Of a stretch of DNA of 64,000 nt, positions 53,743 through 64,000 are shown in pieces. Position 1 is the first letter of the stretch. Each line of letters starts with the position of its first letter. The translations under genes and the position numbers were made by a program. Origin of the DNA: Octopus sinensis. Taxonomy: Eukaryota. The DNA is taken from contig NC_043001.1 of the NCBI RefSeq assembly GCF_006345805.1, positions 132,184,001 through 132,248,000 on the forward strand, given 5' to 3'. The notes under the pieces are model-generated. The model was not told the DNA's origin. It saw only the letters and a program-made list of their open reading frames with translations, and made no database searches.

Positions 53743-53981
53743 AGTAGATGAACCAGTGCAATACACAGTGGTAGTAATACTACACTAAATTAATATTTAC
53801 ATTGCTACTGCTAAAGAACTGGTAATAGAGCATGTCAGAATGTTTCCATACAAATAGGTTCTAGAGATAAGCCTATGAGACTTTGAATTACGTGGAGATA
53901 AATCAAATTGTTTTAAATAATAATATATGTAAGTTCTACTAAATACATTGAGTGCTTCTTCTTTTGTTTGTCCAGTCACTC

Positions 53982-54015
<34 letters not shown>

Positions 54016-54018
<3 letters not shown>

Positions 54019-54174
54019 CTATTTATGAAAGGTAACGACAAATATATACATTTAGATTGACTGAGGTAGTAATAAGAGTCATAAAAGTCATTATTATGAG
54101 TCATAAAATTACTCTTATTACTACTACAGTCAATCTAAATGTATATATTTGTCGTTACCTGTCATAAATAGCCT
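54016..54174. repeat. Near-perfect 64-bp inverted repeat
   Basis: 54016-54079 versus 54111-54174, 61/64 match. Confidence 0.9.
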
Positions 54175-54281
54175 TTTTTATTGGCAATGTGCAATTTCGT
54201 TGATTTTTCATATTTTACCCTTACATTTCCATGTGTATTTTATATTTTCTTTTTGTAACATATTTCTACTATATATATATA

Positions 54282-54365
<84 letters not shown>

Positions 54366-56131
54366 CAAAGTATGGGGGTTTACTTCACAGGTGATCTAAA
54401 TGATTAGGTATGCTAGGTAAGTGCTGTAACAGATTACTGGGGCCCCAAGGTTATAGCTGAGATGTTAGTTATGGAGCAATCGCAGATTTCCAATATATAT
54501 ATAAATATATATGTGTGTGTGTGTGTGTCTATATGCATGTATGTATGTACTACTTATGTAAGCATAAAAGTGTGTGTGTGTTTATGAGTAGAGGGTAAAG
54601 ACCTCCTTTGGACATGAATGACCATGGGATTGCACCTAGAAAGTTACCCTCCAAGGCACAAGTCCAGGCAAGTTTGTTTATGGAAGACCAGCAGTCACCC
54701 ATGTGTACCGGCCTCCCCCACTCCGTGCCAACAATGTTCTCCAAGGAAAAAGCAAAGACCAATCCAGCTTGGCATCAGTGACATTGCAACATATTTCTAC
54801 AGCTGAGTGAACTGGAGCAACATGAAAAAAAAAGTATCTTACTCAAGACCACAACACACAGCCTGATCCAGGAATCAAACTCAATACCTCAACATACATA
54901 TGCACATATAAAATTTTCGGGATCTGATAGAATCAAGGTAAATAAGCAACAAAAGTACCAAGGTAGTGTCAGGGATAGTGCACTTGTGCACTAACAACAT
55001 GTACAGACACTCATGTACTTACTAAAGTAAATACAGATTTGTCCCTCCAGTTACATAAGTATTGATCAAATACACAACATATACATAAAGTCACACAGGA
55101 GTATACACTGACACATATTCCATGGTCCACTGTAAGCTCGAGATCCAACACAGGGAAGGTTCTAAGTTTGGTGAAGTATTAATAATAGCACAGATGGGCT
55201 GAGGTTCCAGATGTGTTCTTTATTGATGGACAAGACAATTACATCATGTAAAAAAAAACATTTTATTCTGGTGAATTAAGAGTAAAATTTAACATTTAAG
55301 ATTTTTCCCACAAATAATATGTAATATGTATTGACCCTTTCATCTCAGTTACAACTGTTTTATTCATCAATAAAGAACACATCTGAAACAGTAGTAGAGA
55401 ACCTCGTCCCATCTATGTTATTATTTATACATTTGTAATATACATAAAATTTATCTCACTAAATTTATCTAGCTTCTGTGTTCCTAGCACATATTTCGCC
55501 TTAATGTACTCTTATATGGAAAATATATGGCTTGTGTTAGAAATACCAGCGATTATAATTATTTTTATTTTATCGCAATTTGATTTGTTTACATATTTCT
55601 CGATAAATTTTGAGCGCTAGACGATATACCAGAAATCCCTAGTTTTGTCGGGACGTTCGGAGTCTGCGCAGTGATCTGATTAGTTAGAGAGAGTAAATCA
55701 TTAGAAGCACATGCTTCTAATGAGTGAGGATCTCAGAAAAACAGGGCTCTCACTGATGAATTCTCCCTGAGCAAATAAATTATCTTTATTGCTGAAAAGA
55801 AAGAAACTGCAGTCTGAGAATAACCGAGTTAGTAAACGTTTTTATCTTCATTTCACTAAATTTATCTAGCTTCTGTGTTCCTAGCACATATTTCACCTTA
55901 ATGTACTGATATATGGAAAACATATGGCTTGTGTTAGAAATACCAGCGATTATAATTATTTTTATTTTATCGCAATTTGATTTGTTTATATATATATATA
56001 TTATATATATGCATTCATTTATGTATGTATATATATATAATTTAATATATATATGCATGTATGAATATATATATGTGCATATGTATACACATATCAATAT
56101 ATATATATACGTATATATATGTATATATATG

Positions 56132-56178
<47 letters not shown>

Positions 56179-56249
56179 TATATGTATATATATATATATA
56201 ATATATATATTATATATATTATATATATATATATATATATAATATATAT

Positions 56250-56490
56250 GGAGGCACATGGCCTAGGGGTTGAGCAGCAGACTCATGGTCAAGGGATCGT
56301 GGGTTCGAATCTCAGACCAGGCGATGTGTGTGTTTATGAGCGAAACACCTAAGCTCCACACAGCTCTGGCAGAAGGTAATGGTGAAATTTTGCTGACTCT
56401 TTCGCCACAACTATCTCTCATTCTTTCCTCCTGCATCTTGCAGCTCATCTGCGATGGACCAGTGTTCGATCCAGGTGGCTCAAGAAAGCA
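56250..56490 (+). mobile_element. SINE family D, tail variant 3
   Basis: D head and body followed by CTCCTGCATCTTGCAGCTCATCTGCGATGGACCAGTG. Confidence 0.8.
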
Positions 56491-56496
56491 CAAACA

Positions 56497-56529
<33 letters not shown>

Positions 56530-58074
56530 ATATATATGTTCTAAAACTTAACCTCAAGTCTGCCTTAAACTAAATCATAACTAAAGCTCAAAATAGAACC
56601 TTAATTAAAACTTATGATTTCTGCCACTATTCCATTCACATCAAGGATGCATCAAAGGAAAGTAAACTAACCCTAGTACTTGACTTGTACTTTATTTTAT
56701 TAGCCCCTGAAGGATGAAGGGCAAAGTTGACCTCAGTATGGTTTGAACTCAATATCAATTCCCAGCTAATATGAATTAATCTTTTATTTCATTCTGTATT
56801 GTTTTATTTTAATATTTTCAAAATTCTATATTCATGCTATTTAAATATAAATAAGATATTTCTAATGCAATAAACATCTAATGCTGGGTAGTTTACTGGC
56901 CATTCAAGCTTGTAAAAATGTAAGGTTTCTCATAGAATCAAAGGAAATCAAAATTATATTTTCAAGAAGCTTATATTGAAAATGGTAAATTTTGAATCAA
57001 AAATTTGATCAAGGGTGAAAAAAGTAGCTTAAATCCACCATCATCACCACCACCAACAACAACAATAAAAGAATCCTTGAAAATCTAAAATCTACAATTA
57101 TTCTGAACCATATTTAAGAGTGCTTAATTATCAATTAATTCCAACAATACATACACATAAATATACACACATAAAATGACAAGCAACAGTAAAAATAAAT
57201 TAGAAATATTTTAAGGAATGAAATAAAATATACAACAGATAATTGATGAACATCCAGCAACAGCTTTAAAGGAAAGATGATTTGTGTTAATATATAACTC
57301 TTCCCATATTATTTACTTCAATTAGTAATGAAATAATAAAAAAAAAGAAAACAAATCTAGGCAAAGTCTTGTGATTTCCATAAAAATACAAACTTCCCAC
57401 CTACCACAAAAGTAATGAAAACAAAGTAAATAAAAAAAATCAATGCAAAACAATGAAAATATAAACTAGAAACTATCATCTTGTGTATTATTAATTCGCA
57501 ATTATGAAAACATAAATATTAATAATATTTATTTTAAATAGCAGCAACTGGTTTCAATCATGCAGTTCAAACTTGGAATATCAACTCAAGAGATAGAATA
57601 GCTGTAATTAAAAAGGTGCAAATTCTAAACTGTGCAAAAGGCTGTAGATGACATTTTCATTAACCTCATTATTTGATTACTCATATGTAAACTTTTAATA
57701 TTATACAGCTAACATTTTTAGCTTTTTTTCTTCTTGCTAGTTGGTATTCTGTTAACTGAGAGTTTCTGCATCTATTATTGAAGACAAAAAAGCTTGCCAA
57801 ATAACATATATTATATTATGTATAACATTTGAAATAGGATTGAAATTAAAAAATTCAAAACATATTCCAATATACTTTAATAATTTTTCCTCACTTTTTT
57901 TAAAAAAATTCTAATAAATAAAGACAAAATTTTGCATTAATATTCTCCAAAAGTGTATTATAAAAACATTCATAGGTTTAATTCCTTGGGCTATTTTGAA
58001 AATTAAACTTTAAAAAATTGTAACTGAAATGGTGTACATGTCATCATTTACATACATACATACATACTACTACT

Positions 58075-58321
58075 ACTACTACTAATAATAATAATAATAA
58101 TAATAATCCTTTCTGCTGTAGGCACAAGGCTTGAAATTTTGGGGGAGGGGGCTAGTCAATTACATTGACCCCAGTCCTCAACTGGTGCTTATTTTATCAA
58201 CCCTGAAAGGAAGAAAGCTAAAGTCAACCCTAGTGGGATTTGAACTCAGAACATAGCGATGGGTGAAATACTGCTAAGAACTTCATCCAGTGTGCTAATG
58301 ATTCTGCCAGCTCACCACCTT

Positions 58322-58368
<47 letters not shown>

Positions 58369-58548
58369 TAATAATAGTCGATTACATCGACCTCAGTGAG
58401 TAACTGGTATGTTATTTATCAACCCCAAAAAAGGATGAAAGGCAAAGTCAACCATAATGGAATTCGAACTCAGAATGTAAGGATGAACAAAAAGCCATTA
58501 AGCATTTTGTGCATCATGCTAACAGTTCTGCCAGTTCATTGTTTAATC

Positions 58549-58594
<46 letters not shown>

Positions 58595-59641
58595 TAATAA
58601 TAATAATAATAATGATGATAACAATAGTTTCAATTTTATGGCCACAGTCAACAATTTTAGGAGGAGGACTTCTTAATTACATGGACTCCAGTATTCAACT
58701 GGTACTTACATTATCAACTCTAAGAAAGTGAGAAGCAAAGTCAATCTCAGTGGGATTTGAACTCAGAGCAAAAGAGATGGAAGAAATGCCACTAAGCATT
58801 TTGTCCAATTTCCTAATAATTCTGCCACTTCATTGCCTTAAAAATAATAATTGTCTTTGATATAGGTACAAAGCTTGAAAGTTGTGTGTCAGGGGCAGAC
58901 AATTACATTGACCATATCACTCAACTGCTACTTATTTTATTTGACCCCAGAAAGATGAAAGGCAAAGTCAGTGATGGTGACACTTGAACTCAGAATGTCA
59001 AGACAGATGAAATGCTATTATGCATTTTGTCCAGTATGTAATGAATCTGCCCACTCATTGTCTTGATAATAATAATAATAATATAATAATAATAATAATA
59101 TGCTACCTAACTCAGATACCAGGAAACCCCAAAATGGCAGAAATTCAAAAGATAGTGTTCATGGGAACTGCTCATATCCTACGCAAAATACTTTCTATGT
59201 AATCTCAAGTTTTAAAACAAACATACTTTTCGTTTTTTTTTCGTTTTTTTTTGACATTCACTAGTACAACACTAAATACAAAACCAAATATATGGCACAC
59301 TTGGCATAACAACATCACAAACTTCCAACCTGTTGTCTCTTGAGGTCTCTGGGTGAGACTTGGAGCCAATTTGTACAAATATAAAGCAAAAGTCAAACAT
59401 AGAATAATGATAATAATAATAATAATAATGGAATCAGATCTTGGCACAAGGTCAGCAATTTTGGAGGAGGGGGCAAGTCATTTACACCAATCTCAGTGCT
59501 CAACTGGTACTTACTTTATCGACCCCTGAAAAGTTGAAAGCAAAGTCAGCCTCAAAGGAATTTGAACTCATAACGTAAAGACAGACAAAATATCACTAAG
59601 AACTTTGCCCAGCATACTGAAAATTCTGCCAACTTATTGCC

Positions 59642-59701
<60 letters not shown>

Positions 59702-59770
59702 GTTTTAAATTCTGGCACAAGGACAGCAGGATTGGAGGAGGGGCTGAGTCATTTAAATTGACCCCAAATA
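58075..59770 (-). mobile_element. Tandem array of ~6 SINE B copies separated by (AAT)n
   Basis: Units at about 58108-58320, 58375-58545, 58630-58830, 58855-59060, 59430-59643 and 59700-59770; all minus strand. Confidence 0.85.
59101..59430 (+). mobile_element. R4/Dong-like LINE extreme 3' end with (AAT)n tail
   Basis: YLTQIPGNPKMAEIQKIVFMGTAHILRKILSM*, then UTR and AATAATGATAATAAT. Confidence 0.8.
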
Positions 59771-59779
59771 GGTAACAGA

Positions 59780-60330
59780 TGCACAGAGCCCAGTGTATGA
59801 GCAGTATATCTCAGTGAGGAAGCTGAAGAAACAATAGCAAAGAAAAGATATGCAGAAAAAGAGGAGAAAGTAGACCTACCTCAATAACACCAGAATAGAT
59901 ATGACACAGAATTTGAGGTGAATAGTAAAGAGAAGATTATAGAAGCAAAAGAAGATATTATGAGAGAAAACAAATCTAGTAAGACTGACTTTACTAACAT
60001 GATCAACAGAGAATGACTACCAAGGCTCTCAAACAGCATATAAAATAACAACGCAATTATGATGTATAATGTTGCCCTTAGACAGATCTTAAGAAATAAG
60101 GGAAACGACTTAACAACCTTAAATAATTTCATCTATTGTACTGCAAAAATTGTAACTGCTCAACTAGGTATCAGAACAACACAGAAAAGGACCAACCATG
60201 TCAATAGACCTCCTAAGTGGAAAGTAGAATTACAAAAATAGATTGAATTTTTGTGGGTGGATGTATCAGTTCTTGATGAATTTGCTAGAAGATGTATCAG
60301 TTCTTGATGAAACAAGCTAGAAAAATCAAG
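59780..60330 (+). mobile_element. R4/NeSL-like LINE pre-RT ORF remnant
   Basis: LTTLNNFIYCTAKIVTAQLG...PPKWKVELQK*IEFL..DVSVLDE resembles N.LIYAAA.V...LG...PPWK.RLE.KI..LR.D.S.L.E. Confidence 0.6.
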
Positions 60331-60951
60331 CAAAAATAAAAAATCAAAGCCAATTACTCATAAATAAAACCATGCCAGAATTGTTCATAGTAGAAGGTAT
60401 CAAGACAAAAGCATAAGATTGATGATACAGTTATTTGTTGGAGTAAAACTCACCTCAGATGTGAATACATAGAACTGGAAAGCTTAAGCCAAAAAAAAAA
60501 AAAAGAAAAGAAAAGAAAACTGAAAATAATGGATTTCAACAGCAATAGTTCAAAGAATATCAAGTGGCTGTTTCCAGAGAACTACCAGCCAAAATTCAGA
60601 GAGAAGCTTCTAACAACACTACACCTCCATTCTTTGATGAGAAAGAAATAATAATTACTGATGAAAATTTACAAACAGCCAATGAAAATATGAAAGGAAA
60701 AAATAAAGCATAAAACACCCCAAAACATAAAGAACAACAATTTCTTTCAAATAACTATGAAACCTTTACTCTGGAAAATAATGAAGATGAACTAAAACTC
60801 ACCACTCCTTGAAAACCGAGTTTATAGCAAAATTATGAATCTGTTATTTCTAGCAGTTTGAGTATTTGTGTTTTTCAACAAAAATCTTTGTAAACAAGGA
60901 CTTATGAATATTTTCTTAAATTTTGGTTCACAATTTTTATAATTATAAATA

Positions 60952-61352
60952 AGGAGTGGCTGTGTGGTAAGTAGCTTGCTAACCAACCACATGGTTCCGG
61001 GTTCAGTCCCACTGCGTGGCATCTTGGGCAAGTGTGTTCTGCTATAGCCCCGGGCCGACCAGTGCCTTGTGAGTGGATTTGGTAGATGGAAACTGAAAGA
61101 AGCCTGTCGTATATATGTATAATTATATGAATATGTATGTGTGTGTTTGTGTGTCTGTGTTTGTCCCCCTAGCATTGCTTGACAACCGATGCTGGTGTGT
61201 TTATGTCCCCGTCACTTAGCGGTTTGGCAAAAGAGACCGATAGAATAAGTACTGGGCTTACAAAGAATAAGTCCCGGGGTCGATTTGCTCGACTAAAGGC
61301 GGTGCTCCAGCATGGCCGCAGTCAAGTGACTGAAACAAGTAAAAGAAAAGAG
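60952..61352 (+). mobile_element. SINE family A
   Basis: Full length. Confidence 0.9.
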
Positions 61353-61832
61353 ATATGAAATTTATAATTCACTGGGTAGTAAAAGAACCACAGAAGACTT
61401 CATCGTCTGGTAGCATATCTAGAGCAAATGTGCTTGAAGGACTGCCCAGTAACCAGGGAATATAGTGTTAATTTATGATAATTGTACAATACACTCTAAT
61501 GCAACTCCTTATCAAAGATACATTGCTACATATTTGCCATTTAACTGCAGGCCTTTGATCCAATCAATCAATCAAGTTATTGATATCAATGAATAATATT
61601 AAACACAAGATTAGAATGATCTCAATAGGATCACAAAATGCAAAACAGATATTACTATAATGATATTTCAAAAGCATTTTAATATTGAGCATGTAACCTA
61701 GATTGTGGCAACAGGCCCAGAATAACATCAATAATACTAAAACAGATTGGTACAAATTTTAGTCAACATTATTGTTCTATGAGAATGGTTATGATACCTG
61801 GCGCCATTGGATTTAAGAATTTTGAATTTTAG

Positions 61833-62498
61833 TACTCTTTTACTCTTTTACTTGTTTCAGTCATTTGGCTGTGGCCATGTTGGAGCACCGCCTTTAGTCG
61901 AGCAAATCGACCCCAGGACTTATTCTTTGTAAGCCTAGTACTTATTCTATCAGTTTCTTTTGCCGAACCGCTAAGTTACAGTGACGTAAACACACCAGCA
62001 TCAGTTGTCAAGCGATGTTGGGGGCACAAACACAGACACACAAACATACACACACACATATATATATATATATACATATATACGACGGGCTTCTTTCAGT
62101 TTCTGTCTACCAAATCCACTCACAAGGCTTTGGTTGACCTGAGGCTATAGTAGAAGACACTATAAAGGTGGCGAGCTGGCAGAAACGTTAGCACACCGGG
62201 TGAAATGCGTAGCTGTATTTCGTCTGCCGCTACGTTCTGAGTTCAAATTCCGCCAAGGTCGACTTTGCCATTCATCCTTTCAGGGTCGATGAATTAAGTA
62301 CCAGTTAATGTAATCAATGTAATCGACTTAATCCATTTGTCTGTCCTTGTTTGTCCCCTCTATGTTTAGCCCCTTGTGGGTAGTAATGAAATATAACGAA
62401 ATATATAGTAGAAGACACTTGCCCAAGGTGCCACGCAGTGAGACTGAACCCAGAACCATGTGGTTCGTAAACAAGCTACTTACCACACAGCCACCCCT
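61833..62498 (-). mobile_element. SINE family A interrupted by SINE B (62162-62403, plus strand)
   Basis: 16-bp TSD TATAGTAGAAGACACT (62146-62161, 62404-62419). Confidence 0.92.
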
Positions 62499-62699
62499 AC
62501 ACCAAGGAGTAAAATAAATATGAGCCGGCAACTGAATCTCTATGTCATTGTGTGATCTGCAAGAAAGAGCAACCAAATTTGCCTTAAATCATACCCTACT
62601 GTGCTAAAAATGAGGATACCTAATACTTGAAAAAAAATTGGATGGTCAGTACTAGAACATTTTTAGGCACAGGTTTGGCCAAAGTAACAACATAATAGC

Positions 62700-62930
62700 A
62701 TCTGCTCTTTGGAATTCACTAGGCTCATACCACATCCACTCAGCTATTCCTATCCTTCTTGCTTCTCTCATTACTCTTGTGTTTGAGCCCAGACCCAACT
62801 TTAATCACTATACAATCTCCTTCTTTCCTTGAATGTAAGCTCCTGGAATTCCCTTCCTGTACAAGATATCCTATGAATGTTCTTGACAAACATTAATGCC
62901 ATTAGTCTCACTGGTATCATCCTGGACCTT
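62700..62930 (+). mobile_element. Degenerate CR1/Jockey-type LINE 3' fragment
   Basis: LNHYTISFFP...WNSL-like residual reading. Confidence 0.4.
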
Positions 62931-63016
62931 GTCCCTTCCTTAAGACTCAGCAAGTAAGTAAAAAAAAAATGCACAATATGCATTGGAATATCTCCTCTGC
63001 ATTACAAATCATCATC

Positions 63017-63495
63017 ATCAAAATCATCATCATTTAACGTCCGTTCTCCATGCTAGCATGAGTTGGACGGTTCGACCGGGGATCTGGGAAGCCAGAAGGC
63101 TGCACCAGGCTCCGGTCTTATCTGGCAATGTTTCTACAGCTGGATGCCCTTCCTAACGCCAACCACTCCGTGAGTGTAGTGGGTGCTTTTTATGTGCCAC
63201 CTGCACTGGTGCCAGGCGAGGCTGGCATCAGCCACAGTCGGATTGGTGCATTTTACGTGCCACCTGCACGGAAGCCAGTCGAGGCAGCACTGGCTTCAGC
63301 CACGATTCGGATGGTGCTTTTTACGTGCCACCGACACGGAAGCCAGTCGAGGCGGTGCTGGCATCGGCCACGATTCGGATAGTGCTTTTTACGTATCTCC
63401 AGTCCAGGGGTCCTGGCATCTGCCGGGTGCCAGTCATAGGATTGGTTCAATTTCGATTCCGATTTCACTTGCCCCAACAGGTCTTCGCAAGCAAG
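63017..63495 (-). mobile_element. RTE 3' UTR fragment (family C), near-identical to 10140-10508 and longer at its 5' end
   Basis: Same unit order. The 5' part GCTTGCGAAGACCTGTTGGGGCAAGTGAAATCG matches the motif at the end of the RTE ORF at 21300-21330. Confidence 0.88.
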
Positions 63496-64000
63496 ATGAT
63501 AAATCAGTTATCCAAACAGCTGACAGTCGATGAAACCTGGAATATTGGTAAGAAATGTAAATAAACAATGAAATTCGTGACAATGATGAAAATGATTATT
63601 GCTTTATCACATAAATAGGTCTGTTTGAACCTAATTAGAATTAGAATCTTGTGAAGTTGTTAGATAACTCAAATTGTTTCAGTAGGCTATCAGGAACCAC
63701 TGAATAACAAGTGTTCATCTAGTGAGTCAAAGGAACAATAATCCAACATCAACATCATCATTAGCACTCCCTGTTGGCTGGTAAGCAAAATATTAGTATT
63801 AAAACTAACATTTCATAACACTAGATCAATTATAACAAAAGCAGTAATAATGGCTTCAATAATGGCACGAGGTCACCAGATTTAGTTGGAAAGGGTAAAT
63901 CAATTACATCAATTCCTCTGTTCAGCTGGTACTTATTCTATTGACCCTGAAAATCTGAAAGGTAAATTCTACCTCAGCAGCATTTAAACTCAGAAAGTAA

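Noticed and set aside
7478-56259. Numerous Y/I/H/T/C/V/M-rich ORFs up to 257 aa
   Set aside because: Translations of (TA)n, (CA)n and (ATGT)n tracts.
58075-59770. CRISPR-like repeat/spacer array
   Set aside because: The units are ~200-bp SINEs separated by microsatellites in a eukaryotic context; no cas genes.
3042-61175. Recurrent ORFs such as MSSNARG.../MLGGQTQT...
   Set aside because: They are readings of SINE A copies, not a gene family.

Overview
This is AT-rich eukaryotic (animal) genomic DNA made almost entirely of retroposon and DNA-transposon relics and microsatellites. The repeat content suggests an octopus or coleoid cephalopod (inference; no database check possible). Only one host exon is recognisable: 47551-47818 (minus), which encodes the coiled-coil/tail region of a KIF17/OSM-3-type kinesin-2, so much of the window is probably intron. 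The rest comprises at least four tRNA-headed SINE families (my labels A, B, D, E), RTE-type LINE 3' fragments (label C is their repeat-laden 3' UTR), R4/Dong-like RLE-LINE remnants, Tc1/mariner fossils, MITEs, Helitrons and fold-back elements. Nearly all listed ORFs are microsatellite or SINE artefacts. The most interesting signals are two hammerhead-ribozyme folds inside long inverted repeats, a SINE dimer inserted as one event, an (AAT)n-anchored SINE/RLE-LINE array and tail-swapped SINEs. All alignments and folds were done by eye.
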